Shown piece after piece: positions 1-10,900 of a stretch of DNA of 64,000 nucleotides. The notes below the pieces were generated by a model. The model ran no database searches, had not been told where the DNA came from, and worked only from the letters and a program-made list of their open reading frames with translations. The translations under genes were made by a program, and so were the position numbers. Location of the stretch: positions 1-64,000 of the IMG/VR virus record IMGVR_UViG_3300037470_001039; one strand, 5' to 3'. The stretch's first letter is position 1; every line of letters starts with the position of its first letter. The DNA is from a virus.

Positions 1-4
1 CTCC

Positions 5-625
5 GTGCGCCAGGTGTCGGCCCGGTTCCCGAAGTTCAGGGAGCCCGTCAGGGGCAACCCGGTCTTCAAAATCTCGTACACGACCTATCAGCAGTACTGC
101 CGACGTTGCCAAGGATACGGCATCGAGAACGACTACCGCATCCAGGCCGGGGGCGAGCCGCAGACGATCGGCAACGAGAACCTCCTGAACCAGGACGTGC
201 TCAAGGTGCTCAGCACCATCAAGGGGTCGAACCCCTTCCACCCCGAGTACGGCACGAACCTGCTCACCCGGATCGGCACGAAGGCCCTCGGCACGGGGGC
301 CTCCTCGATCAACGAGGACATCATCACGGCCCTCTCCGTCTTCCAGCGTCTCCAGACCGCCGCGGGCAAGTATCAGGAGGTCACGCCGCGCCAGAGACTC
401 GCGTCCATCCTCTCGATCAACACGACGCCGGCCGACTTCGACCCCACCGTTTTCGAGGCGGTCATCGTGGCGGCCAACGCGGCCAACGTGCCCGTGGTGA
501 TCACGATGGTTTTCGCTGCTCCGGGAACTGCCGCGCTCGCCGGTACCAACGGCCTGTCCCTCGGCCTCGAGGGGTTCGGCCTCGACCCGAACACTAGGTA
601 CCTGTCCGGGGTGGCTCCCCAGTGA
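5..625 (+). CDS. Baseplate wedge subunit, gp25/GPW-like (probably 5'-truncated by the window edge)
   Basis: LSTIKGSNPFHPEYGTNL resembles the gp25/GPW T.KGE....P.YG motif; lies directly upstream of a baseplate-J-like gene. Confidence 0.7.
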   Translation: MRQVSARFPKFREPVRGNPVFKISYTTYQQYCRRCQGYGIENDYRIQAGGEPQTIGNENLLNQDVLKVLSTIKGSNPFHPEYGTNLLTRIGTKALGTGASSINEDIITALSVFQRLQTAAGKYQEVTPRQRLASILSINTTPADFDPTVFEAVIVAANAANVPVVITMVFAAPGTAALAGTNGLSLGLEGFGLDPNTRYLSGVAPQ

Positions 626-633
626 GATAGACG

Positions 634-3600
634 ATGGTAGCTACGCCCAAAGTCACCGGTCCAGACGGCGTCCTCCGAGAAGACACCATCTTCTCGACGA
701 CGATGTCCTCTCGTTTCTTCGACGGGACCATCGCGAGCGACACCGTCGACATGCAGGTATCCATCCGAGGAGGGGCCTTCACCTCGGACCCGGACCTCAT
801 CGTCTTCGAGGGCGACACGTTCTCGTTCCCGAACCCGGCCGCGTTCTCGGAGGGTCTCGAGCTCGTGCCGGGGGTGAACCTCATCCGGGTGCGGTCCATC
901 TCCTTCTCGGGCGCCGTATCGGCCGTGGCGACGGTGCAGGTCACTCTGGTGCAGGAGGCCGACATCGGCCTCATCGGGACCCCCCCCACGAACGTCAGCG
1001 TCGAGCGGTTCGACGACTCGGTTGGGGTTCGTGTCGAGGGGGTCGACGAGACGACCTTCCGCGGTGTCAACTTCTACGCATCTCGGTTTCAGGGCGGCGG
1101 AGCCACGGGCTACCAGCGCATCAACGTCAACACGATCACCGACTTCGAGGGGGTGCAGGAGACGTCCAACATCGCGGCGCTCACCATAGACAGCCCGGTG
1201 GCCACCAACCCGGACGGCACTCCGGCCGCGGACCCCCTCTACGTCAAGATCGAGGAGACGCAGACGAGCAGCAACGACGTCCTCGAGAATCTCGAGAACA
1301 TCGTGCTCACTCCCGAGTTCGCCGCCGCCATCACGGAGCAGGAACAGGACGCCCTGCTGCGCACCGACTTCGTAGATGTGTTCGAGGTTCCCGAGAACAC
1401 GATGACCCTGCGCAGCAGCTACACCCTCGACTCGGTGGTCGAGCGCGTCTTCTACACCTTCGACCACCACCGGCAGTTCGGCCCGAGCAACGACCCGCCG
1501 ACGGTCCCCATCGGCGAGTTCTCCAGCACCCCCTCTACGGAGCCCCTCTTCTACGTTGCCACGGCGGTCTTCTACGACGCGTCGCGACAGGTCGAGATCG
1601 AGTCGTCGTTCTCGGCCGAGGTTGTCGGCAAGCCCGTCGTCATCCAGCAGAACATCGGCACGTTCCCGGCTCCGGCACGCCTGACCATCGTCCAGAACAC
1701 GATCGACTCGCTCACCCGGACCACCCCGAACCTCGCGGTGCAGCCCGGAGCGGTCATTCGCGACACCGTGGTCGACCCGACCTCGAACGAAATCACGCGC
1801 CTGCGGTTCCTGGTGGACTTTCTCTACCGCATCCAGTCTTTCGACACGCTTCTTCAGATCGACGGCATCGAGCCTGACGGCACCTCGACGCCGGTGGCGC
1901 GCTCGCCCTACAAGCAGGCGCTGCAGCGCGTCTTCGAGCTCCAGAACCCGTCGGACGTACAGGTCATCATCGACACGTCCTTCGAGCAACTCGCTTCGAG
2001 GAACAATGTGTTCCGCAAGGCCGGCGTCCGCGCCCGAGGTTTCGCCACGTTCTTCACCCGGACCACGCCGACGGCGACAATCTACATTCCGCTCGGCACG
2101 CGGATCGCGAGCGGAGCAGTCCAGTTCGTCACAACGACCGACGCCTCCATCCCGATCAACAACGTCGGCGCGTTCTTCAATCCGAGCACGGGTCTGTTCC
2201 AGGTCGACGTCCCCATCGAGGCTCAGCAGCCTGGCACGCAGGCCAACCTCGGGGCCGGCCAGATCCGCACCATCGTGAGCAGCCTTCCGGGCCTCTCCGT
2301 CACGAACCCGAACCAGACCTTCGGGGGTCGCAACCAGGAGAGCAACCTCGAACTCTCCGTCCGCGCCCGGGCTGCCCTGGCGGCCGTGGACAGTGGTACC
2401 GAGCAGGGTACGCTCCAGACGGCCGCCGACGTGGCGGGCGTCTTCGGGGCCCGCGTGGTGGGTGCGGGGGATCCCCTCATGCAGCGCGACTACGACACCG
2501 ACTTCGACAAGCACGTCGGCGGCAAGGTGGACGTGTGGGTGCGAGGCGAGGCCGTCGGCAACGTGACCGACGTGTTCTCGTTCACGTTCGACGTAGCGAA
2601 CGACGTGCAGTTCCAAGTTATCGGCAACCCGCTGGCCTACACGTTCCGGGCACTCGACCAGAAGCTGTCTCCCGCGAACCCGATCGCCGAGATGCTCGAC
2701 GATTCGGCTCTCGGGCTCGGACTGCGCAACGCGACGACTGGGGCGTTTTTCGATCTGGCCGGGGTCACCATCCTCGACTATCGGACGATCCGGCTCGACC
2801 CCGACAGTGCGCAGCCGACGATCGCCTTCGGCAACATCCTTCTGGGCGACTACCGCTACGTCACGACGATGAACTTCGTGTTCACGCGGCAGCCCGTGTC
2901 CTCGGTGGTCAGCGTCACGGGCCCGGTCTCCGGCGAGTTGTCCACGGATACTTACTCGTTCGTGCGACCCGACGACCCTCTCTTGAACGGACGATCCACG
3001 CGCGCACAGGTGTACCTCAACATCATGCAGGTGGACGGCGTCCCGAGCGGAGAGTCCATCTCGATTTCCAACGAACAGCACATTATGCTCGGGGAGTTCA
3101 ACGAGTTCCTGTTCAACCTCGGGGCCAACCCGCTCACCATTGAGGTCTACAATTCCACGCGAACGGTCCTGTACCGGGGACCCGTCGATCCGAGCGGCGT
3201 GGCCGACTACGTCATCGTCCCGGGTACGCAGACCGTCGCCACCGCCATCCGGCGGACGCCGAACAGCCAGATCCGCAGCGGTCAGACGGTGCTCGTCGAC
3301 TATAAGCACGCGGAGAACTTCACGGTCGAGTACCAGACGAACTTCGTGATCCCCACGGTGCAGCAGTCCCTCGACGCGCAGAAACATTTCACCGCCGACG
3401 TGCTGGCCAAAGGATCGTTCGGGGTGGGTGTGGACGTGACTGCGACCATCGTGACGCAGACGGGCCAGCAGACCTCCTCCGTCGACACCGCCCTCCGCAC
3501 GAACCTCACCACGTTCTTCCGGGCGCGCGGCCAGGGGAGCGCCGTCCGTCAGTCCGACATTGTCGCCGTCCTCGACAACACGCGCGGCGTCTCCTTCGTG

Positions 3601-4182
3601 GAGGTGCCTCTGACCAAGCTGACGCGCACCGCGGGTGGTCTCGTCGTGCGCGAGGAGGTTCCCTCCGAGGCCGGCGATGTGGAGGTCATCCTCGGCAGCA
3701 CGGCGCTGCCATTCTCCACGGACACGGTCAAGACGTGGCTGCTCGAGAACCCGCTCGACAACCCGACGAGCCAGGGAGGAGGCGACGGCATGCAGTTCGC
3801 GGGCGTCTTCAAGGACGACCTGGCGATGACTCTCCAGACCTCCAACCCGGCCGCGCTCAAGGACGGCGCCGACCGGGCATTCATCATCGGGGACGGAGGG
3901 ATCGTCATCCCGAACTACAGCGACGACGCGACGATCCGGGCCAGTTTCCCCGTGGCCAACACTGCCACGGAGATCGAGGCGATCCGTGTCCAGCTCACGG
4001 CGAACCGCATCCTGGTCTCGCTCGCGGCCGACGACCGTCCCGAGCTGCACGACTTCACCTGCACGTACACGGTGGCGTTCGTGGCCGAGCGGGTGCAGGA
4101 TATCGAGGCGAGCTCCATCGAGTTCTTCGAGGTGGGCAACCTGATCTTCACCTTCACGGAGGATGTGCGAAACAGTGGCTAA
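634..4182 (+). CDS. Baseplate J-like wedge protein (1182 aa)
   Basis: J-like segments: PGAVIRD..VDP, IPLGTRIASGAVQFVTT, IEAQQPGTQANLGAGQI, VTNPNQTFGGRNQESNLEL, GGKVDVWVRG. Confidence 0.8.
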   Translation: MVATPKVTGPDGVLREDTIFSTTMSSRFFDGTIASDTVDMQVSIRGGAFTSDPDLIVFEGDTFSFPNPAAFSEGLELVPGVNLIRVRSISFSGAVSAVATVQVTLVQEADIGLIGTPPTNVSVERFDDSVGVRVEGVDETTFRGVNFYASRFQGGGATGYQRINVNTITDFEGVQETSNIAALTIDSPVATNPDGTPAADPLYVKIEETQTSSNDVLENLENIVLTPEFAAAITEQEQDALLRTDFVDVFEVPENTMTLRSSYTLDSVVERVFYTFDHHRQFGPSNDPPTVPIGEFSSTPSTEPLFYVATAVFYDASRQVEIESSFSAEVVGKPVVIQQNIGTFPAPARLTIVQNTIDSLTRTTPNLAVQPGAVIRDTVVDPTSNEITRLRFLVDFLYRIQSFDTLLQIDGIEPDGTSTPVARSPYKQALQRVFELQNPSDVQVIIDTSFEQLASRNNVFRKAGVRARGFATFFTRTTPTATIYIPLGTRIASGAVQFVTTTDASIPINNVGAFFNPSTGLFQVDVPIEAQQPGTQANLGAGQIRTIVSSLPGLSVTNPNQTFGGRNQESNLELSVRARAALAAVDSGTEQGTLQTAADVAGVFGARVVGAGDPLMQRDYDTDFDKHVGGKVDVWVRGEAVGNVTDVFSFTFDVANDVQFQVIGNPLAYTFRALDQKLSPANPIAEMLDDSALGLGLRNATTGAFFDLAGVTILDYRTIRLDPDSAQPTIAFGNILLGDYRYVTTMNFVFTRQPVSSVVSVTGPVSGELSTDTYSFVRPDDPLLNGRSTRAQVYLNIMQVDGVPSGESISISNEQHIMLGEFNEFLFNLGANPLTIEVYNSTRTVLYRGPVDPSGVADYVIVPGTQTVATAIRRTPNSQIRSGQTVLVDYKHAENFTVEYQTNFVIPTVQQSLDAQKHFTADVLAKGSFGVGVDVTATIVTQTGQQTSSVDTALRTNLTTFFRARGQGSAVRQSDIVAVLDNTRGVSFVEVPLTKLTRTAGGLVVREEVPSEAGDVEVILGSTALPFSTDTVKTWLLENPLDNPTSQGGGDGMQFAGVFKDDLAMTLQTSNPAALKDGADRAFIIGDGGIVIPNYSDDATIRASFPVANTATEIEAIRVQLTANRILVSLAADDRPELHDFTCTYTVAFVAERVQDIEASSIEFFEVGNLIFTFTEDVRNSG

Positions 4183-5617
4183 CGAGAAGAAGCCTCTGAT
4201 CCTCCCGAAGGATCCCTACCTCCCCTTCACCCGCGACCAGAACCCGGCTCCGGTTCCGCTCGAGGGACAGCAGGGAGTCAGGGCTCTCCGCAACATCACC
4301 GACGCGATCCTGCGCACGTTCCAGCAGGTCGTCCCGTCGAACTACGTCGCCGAGATCCCGGGCCCCTACTACGTCCTCCAGTACCAGGCCGTGGCCGAGC
4401 AGCTAGCGCGCATCCAGCTCGAGCTCGAGGAGGTGGGTCTCGAGTCCGACGTCGACTTCGCGCGGCCCGAGTTCCTCTGGCAGATGATCGGCACGCTCGT
4501 CTTCCCGAACACGCGGGAGATCCCCGTCGGCATCCCCGAGGTGGACGGCGACCTGACGTATCGCGAGTTCCTGCGCCGCATGATCGTCCTGCTGCTCCAG
4601 GGCGCCACCGAAGACGTTGTCGAGGAGGGTCTCAACCTGCTCACCGAGGCGGTCGTGCAGGTTCTCGCCAAGGTCGATTACTCGGACATGCCGGGCGCCT
4701 ACTGGGGGTTCCCGGACCAGCACACCTTCGAGATCAACGTCCTCTGTCAGACCATCTTCACCGACCCCACCACGGGGGAGCTGATCGAGGGCGCGCTCGG
4801 GACCGGGTTCCCGATCGATCCCTTCAAGACCCTGCGGAACAACATGCGCATCCTCCGGGCCCTCAAGCCCGCGAAGGCGCTGTACGAGTACCGGCACCTG
4901 TTCCTGGACTCGTTCGGAAGTCTGTTCACGGCCGAGCCCTTCATCGAGCTCGACCCCTGGTACTACGAGGACTTCCGCAAGTTCTGCTGCGGCATGAAGG
5001 AGATCACGGGCGACGGCGGCATCACGCTTGGCGTCCAGCTCTTCTCCGACCCCACGCGGGACTTCAGCGCCGTGTGCGTCGGGGCCACGCTCGAGATCTT
5101 CGACGGGCCCAACGCGAGCCCCTCAAACGGAGGGACGGACGCGGCCACGCTCGGGGTGTACCGGGTGACGGGCATCCAGAGGCTGCTGGCCGGAGACGAC
5201 GTGGAGGACGTGGACGCGAGTCCTCAAGTTCCGGTGCCGCGCCCCTACACGACGAGCCCCACGGGGCTCAGCGGCCTCGTGACGACCGTCCTCGGCGAGG
5301 ACGGAGTTCTTGAAGATACGTCGCAGGATTTTTCCGATGCCGTGGAAGGTGAAATTATCACGATGATAACGGCGGGACCGAACGCCGGCAGCTACCGTCT
5401 CGAGACGCTGCTCGGCAACAACGGCGGTCCCGTGGGTCTCGTCGCGCCGGGATCGGGCGTGACTCAAGTGCGCATCGCGCCCAGCATCCTCACCACGCTC
5501 ACGCGGATGCCAGAACCGGCCACGGGACAGTCCTACAGGGTGTCTCTGGAGCGTCTGGGCGTGCGCACTCCCTTCACGGTCCTGGGAGAGGACGCGTCGG
5601 CGCAGTTCTACGTCTAG
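4163..5617 (+). CDS. Baseplate/tail protein (gpI-like position); start may be GTG 4175
   Basis: Follows the J-like gene; YREFLRRMIVLLLQGAT and LRALKPAKALY resemble gpI-like wedge motifs; GGAGG at 4158-4162. Confidence 0.55.
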   Translation: MCETVANEKKPLILPKDPYLPFTRDQNPAPVPLEGQQGVRALRNITDAILRTFQQVVPSNYVAEIPGPYYVLQYQAVAEQLARIQLELEEVGLESDVDFARPEFLWQMIGTLVFPNTREIPVGIPEVDGDLTYREFLRRMIVLLLQGATEDVVEEGLNLLTEAVVQVLAKVDYSDMPGAYWGFPDQHTFEINVLCQTIFTDPTTGELIEGALGTGFPIDPFKTLRNNMRILRALKPAKALYEYRHLFLDSFGSLFTAEPFIELDPWYYEDFRKFCCGMKEITGDGGITLGVQLFSDPTRDFSAVCVGATLEIFDGPNASPSNGGTDAATLGVYRVTGIQRLLAGDDVEDVDASPQVPVPRPYTTSPTGLSGLVTTVLGEDGVLEDTSQDFSDAVEGEIITMITAGPNAGSYRLETLLGNNGGPVGLVAPGSGVTQVRIAPSILTTLTRMPEPATGQSYRVSLERLGVRTPFTVLGEDASAQFYV

Positions 5618-5619
5618 TT

Positions 5620-5634
5620 CGGTGGCCGGCCTAT
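5620..5634 (+). promoter_or_regulatory. Candidate late-promoter motif CGGT-N6-CCTAT
   Basis: Same motif and spacing at 13547-13561; variant at 25216-25230; all intergenic upstream of virion genes. Confidence 0.4.
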
Positions 5635-5678
5635 AGGCCCCCGCAAGAGAGGACCGGCATCTCCGGCCGAGGAAGCCC

Positions 5679-7925
5679 ATGCCCGCATTGATTCAGAGTC
5701 TCGTCAACGGCATCAACCCGGTCGTCGGGGCGAGCCGCGACGACCTCCGCGCCGGGGACGTCGTCCAGCTCGACCAGGTCGGGGGTCCTGCCACCACCTA
5801 CGCCTGGTCGATCGCCTACGCGCCCGAGGACAAGGATCGCAACCCCTCGTCCGCGGTGCTCGTCGGCAACGTGTTCGGGCCCGGTCCCGTCACGTTCATC
5901 GTCGACAACCAGGGCGCGTATCTGATCCGCCTCGTGATCGATGCGGGTCTCCCTACGCAGGACGAGCAGTACGTTCGTCTCCGCTTCGACACGATCTTCG
6001 GAGACCTGCGGCTCGTCGCCGCGGGCGAGCGTCGCGACGGGAGCGGTATCATCCCGGTCGACATCGACGCGACGGGGTGGGCCGACGACCAGAACTATAA
6101 CCTCCACCGTCTCCTGTGCCTCGTCCAGCACGTCTCGGCCAGCGGCCGCATCATCTACGTCGACGCGAACCGCGGCAAAGACAATCTCCAGGCGCCGAAC
6201 GACCCGGTAGTGGCCGAGGGATGGGCGGATTTCTCCACCGTCAGCGAGGCCATCCTCGCCGCCAACACGAACGCTGAGTTCAACGGCGGCATCATGCCGA
6301 GCGCGACGCAGCCGATGATCGTCGCGGTGCGTCCCGGGTTCTACCAGGAAGACATCTCCTTCGCGCCCTACGTCCACGTCATCGGGTGGCCCTCGAGCGG
6401 CGGGGGCATCGGAGACCACCCCGACTTCGACCGCAGCGTGACGATCCGGGCCGCCAACGCGGGCGCACCCGCGGCGACGTTCACGGCCGCGCTCCCGAAC
6501 CTCGGCGAGTACTGCTACGTCTCGAACCTCATCCTCGAGAACGTCGGGGCCACGACGAACGCGCTCCTGCGCAAGACCGGCGACGGCGACGTCTACCTCG
6601 TCAACGTCGAGCTCCTCCAGTCGGGCGGCGCGGCACCGAACCAGGGCGCCGGCATCTCGGTCGAGAGAGGCCGCGCCTTCCTCCACGACTGTCGCGTCGT
6701 CCAGGAGGACACCTTCTCGGGCGACTCGCTGGCCTTCCTGGTCGACGTCTCGGCCGGCACCGCGAGCCTGGTCGCCCACCAGTCGACCTTCATCGGCCCG
6801 AGCATCGGCCAGGTCGATCCGTCCCTGAACGGCGGCGTCACGGCCTACTTCTCGCACTGCACCTTCGAGCAGACGGGGAACGACCCGGCCTCCTTCGCCA
6901 TCCAGACGTGGTCGGAGTCTCTCGTGCTCGACGACTCGACGCTCACGGTCGACCCGGGCGGCGTCGTGACGGTCGGCATCGAGGCGAACCCGACCGCGGC
7001 CGCCGTCCCGGGCGACCTCGCGGTGAACCTGCGACGCACCCGGCTCGGAGACGACAGCGCGGGCGCGCCGGGCTTCCTCGAGATCTCCATCGACGACACG
7101 GGCGTCGTGGGCACCTCCTACCTGCGAGCGGCCTCCTCCGAGTACGCCCCGGACGTCAACATCACGGGCAGCGTCACGCGCCAGGCCCTCACCGACGGGC
7201 GCTCGCTGTTCTACGACAACACCGCGTCTGGCCTGCTCTCGGAGAACGTGCAGGACGCCATCGACGAGATCGCGGGCGGTGGCGGTGGCGGGGCAGCCCC
7301 GAGCACCGCGCCCTTCATCACGCACGCCGTCTCGGGAGCCCTGACCAACAACCGCGTCCTGGCCAACGGCACCGGCACGTCCATCACCAACTCCGGCGTC
7401 GACGACGGCTCGATCCAGGTGGACCTCACCAACACCGGCGTCGCTCCGGGCTCGTACACCCGAGCCGACATCACGGTCGACGCCCAGGGCCGTATCTCGC
7501 TGGCGGCCGACGGCACCGTCGAGTTCACGTACACGACCCCGATGTTCATCCCGACGTCGGCGTTCGTGCCCCCGTTCGTCATCAACGAGTTCAGCGTCTT
7601 CAACTTCGCCAACGGGTTCAGCTTCCTCGGGGGCGCCTCCGGTGCGCTCCAGGTGTACTGGGACACCGACGGCGGCGGGGCCGGCTTCGCCCCTCTCACG
7701 TTCCTCGACGTGTTCGCTGGCCCGGTCGGCGCTCCCGTCTCCATCCTGCCGGTCCCGCTCGACCTGAGCACGCTCGGCCCTGTCCCGACTCTGGCTGCGA
7801 TCACCCTCGCCGCTGGTCCCTTTTCCTTCGCCGCCGGTATCGTCCTCCAGGTCATGGTGACCTACCCGAGCCCGGCCTCCCTGGGGACCGATGGACTCGT
7901 CGTCTCTCTGACGGGGAATATCTAA
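5679..7925 (+). CDS. Tail fibre/spike-like virion protein (748 aa)
   Basis: Beta-helix-like middle region; NVQDAIDEI and TGVAPGSYTRADITVDAQGRI motifs typical of phage fibres; located in the tail module. Confidence 0.6.
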   Translation: MPALIQSLVNGINPVVGASRDDLRAGDVVQLDQVGGPATTYAWSIAYAPEDKDRNPSSAVLVGNVFGPGPVTFIVDNQGAYLIRLVIDAGLPTQDEQYVRLRFDTIFGDLRLVAAGERRDGSGIIPVDIDATGWADDQNYNLHRLLCLVQHVSASGRIIYVDANRGKDNLQAPNDPVVAEGWADFSTVSEAILAANTNAEFNGGIMPSATQPMIVAVRPGFYQEDISFAPYVHVIGWPSSGGGIGDHPDFDRSVTIRAANAGAPAATFTAALPNLGEYCYVSNLILENVGATTNALLRKTGDGDVYLVNVELLQSGGAAPNQGAGISVERGRAFLHDCRVVQEDTFSGDSLAFLVDVSAGTASLVAHQSTFIGPSIGQVDPSLNGGVTAYFSHCTFEQTGNDPASFAIQTWSESLVLDDSTLTVDPGGVVTVGIEANPTAAAVPGDLAVNLRRTRLGDDSAGAPGFLEISIDDTGVVGTSYLRAASSEYAPDVNITGSVTRQALTDGRSLFYDNTASGLLSENVQDAIDEIAGGGGGGAAPSTAPFITHAVSGALTNNRVLANGTGTSITNSGVDDGSIQVDLTNTGVAPGSYTRADITVDAQGRISLAADGTVEFTYTTPMFIPTSAFVPPFVINEFSVFNFANGFSFLGGASGALQVYWDTDGGGAGFAPLTFLDVFAGPVGAPVSILPVPLDLSTLGPVPTLAAITLAAGPFSFAAGIVLQVMVTYPSPASLGTDGLVVSLTGNI

Positions 7926-7951
7926 CCGGAACCAACTTTGTGCTGTGGTAG

Positions 7952-10900
7952 ATGAGCGTCTTCGGCTACGGGCTTGAGCCTTACGGGTACGGACCCTACG
8001 GGGGGCTCGGCGGCGTCACGTTGCCGCCCACGGTCCCTCCAATCGGAGGTTATGGCGGCTACGCGTACGGACTCAACTCTTACGGTTCGCTCGGGGGGTT
8101 CGGCAAGCCGACCATCGCGGTCACCGGAGGATACGGCGGCTGCTCCTACGGCACGAGTTCCTACGGCTGCGTGGATGCTCTCGGAACTCCGCCTGAGGTC
8201 ATCGCGGCGATTTCGATCACCGGGTTCATCATCGAGGTATTTTTCTCCCAGGAGATGTCGCCCGACGCCGACCTCTTCGACCCCGCGAGTTACACTCTCA
8301 TCGACATCACCGGCGCGGCGCCTGTCACGGTCCTGAGCGTCGAGGTTGGAGTCGAGGGATACTGGGGACCGACCTCCGTCCTCCTCAACCACACCGGCAC
8401 GACGCTTGGCGGCCTCTACCGCGTCGTCGTCTCGGGTCCTCGAGACATCGGGGGCACGGCGATCGCCGCTTACGCCCCGCTCAACCAGGCGGACGTACTG
8501 TGCAAGGGCGAGCCTCCGCCGTTCACCATCACGCCGATCTCGGGCACCGAGCTGCTGTACGAATTCGAGTATGACATGCTCGACGAGGCGGGGTTCTCGC
8601 CCGGCATCGAGGAGCTCGACGCCTACGGGTTCATCACCACGTACCCGCAGAACATCCTCCCGCAGTTCGTCACGTTCCCGCACAACGCCGATCTCAAGCA
8701 AATGAAGATGGACGTCATCGGCATGACGTCCGCTGAGTACGTCGGCGTCGTCAGCCCCGCCACGGCCATCGACTACGACGCGACCTACCTGCCCAACGCG
8801 CCGCAGGCAGACTTCATCTCCCAGGAGATCGGCGACGGCACGACGACGCAGGGCGTGAACGAGATCCTGTTCAGCAAGCAGGTGGGTTTCTCCTACGGGT
8901 GGAGATTCCTCGACACGTCGGGACGTCTGCTGCCGGACTCGAGCTACCGGGTCGACATCACCTTCGACGCCGCGGCCGAGGCGTCGAAGATCGACCCGGC
9001 CCCCGCGGCCGCCCCGGTGATCCTCGTCCTCGTCAACGACGGGGCCGTGCAGGTGAGTCTCGGCTTCAAGCGGCTCGCGGGCGTCGACACCCTCGAGATC
9101 GAGTCGGGAGCGTTCAGCGCGAGCTCGAGCATCAACTGGTCCTCGCAGGAGGTCACCGTCTCCCTCGTGCGGAACCAGAAGGCGGACACGTACACCGTCG
9201 TCGTGAACGGAGAGCCCATCGTAGCCGGCCTGACCGCGAGTTTCATGGCTCCTCCCGGGTTCCCTGCCGGTGTCCAGTTCCACCTCGACCCCACCGGCGT
9301 CTACGAAATCCTGGACTTCCCGCTCAAGGGTCTCGTCTTCACCGCCACGCAGACGATCTTCTCGGCCGCGTGGAACTTCCTCCACAACCAGAACGCACCC
9401 TTCGTCGGGAACGGCGCGAACGCGAAGGACTTCCTGCTCACGAAGAAGGGGCCGCTGGTGAAGGGCTGGGGCGACGCCACCCCGGCCACCAAGCAGGACG
9501 TGGTCGTCTACGTGAACGGAACGCCCGTCGAGGTGCTGCTTGTCAACCCGTACTACGGCAAGATCTTTCTGACGATCCCGATCCCGTTCATGCCTCCGGG
9601 CGTGATGGAGGTGACCGTCGACTACATCTGGTTCCCGTCGCCCATCATGGCGATGGCGGGCCTCAACACGCTCGGGCTCGTGCTCAACAAGGCTGACTGC
9701 AAGCCGCTGTGTCCGACGGGCGGCAACTCGGAGGGCGTGGGGCTCCCGGGCGGCGGCACGAACGGCATCGAGTTCTCGCGCTTCCCGATGGGGATTGTGC
9801 TCGGACCTGGCAGGCCGCAGACGCGCAAGCCTCTGCTCCGTAGCCCCCGCTTCATCGCGTTCCAGCAGCAGTACACGGCCGCTCTCAACAGCCCGACGAC
9901 GCTCCTGCTCAACCGGAACCCCGACCAGATCGCGCTCGAGGGGGAGAGACGAGACATCTCCGGCGAGGTCGTGTTCTACGAGGGCACCGTCGATCCCACG
10001 GAGGACACCCCCGCGTGGGAGGAGGTAGGCACCAACGAGATCTTCAGTCTCTCGGAGTTTTCCATCACGGGAGGGGACCCCGACACGTTCGACGGAGATC
10101 CCAATCTCCCCGACAATGTCCTCGCCATCCCGGACGCCCAGGCGCAGGGCATCTACCAGATCTACAAAGTCACGGCCGGTCCTTACGGGGAAGGACAGGT
10201 TGCGTTCTTCAGCCGCGAGATCAACACGAGTTTCCCGTCCTCGATCACCCTCGTGACGCGACTCCAGATCCTCGAGTCCGAGGACGTCAACGTCGAGGAC
10301 CCCGATCTCGACGACATCCCGGTGCCCGACGGTGTGTTCGTGGGGGTGGGTTTCGGGTGCCACACGAACAACCACCTCTATCTCGTGGGGGCGCTCCTGA
10401 TCAACGACGTGCAGCACGTCGGCATGCTTGTCGAGCCCGCCTTCCCCGAACTCGGGGAGTCGTGGGAGTTCGCCTACCAGACTCCCATCCAGGTCCAGGA
10501 CGCCACAACGTTCAGCGCGCAAAGCGACGAGCTGCCGCAGCTCATCCGGGAGCGCCTCATCTCCGACGAGATCGTGCGCTTCCAGATCATGGACGGCACG
10601 CAGGCCGGCGTGTACGATGTGCTCGAGATCATCGACCAGACGGACGGCACAAGCACGGTCTCCATCGACTCCTCAAGCCCCTTCCCGGCCGACCCGAGCC
10701 TGTACGGGAACCGCGACTTCACGGCCGTGTTCGAGGCGCGGTGGGACGGAGACAACGAGGAGAACAACCCCATCACGTACCGTCTCGTCGTCAAGAACGA
10801 CGTGAAGGGCATTCCCGAGGGGTACGCGGAACTCTACGTCGGAGGGTCCTTCTCGGGCGTGGCGCTGACGCTTGAGGGAGCGCCCCCGTTCGCCATCCCT

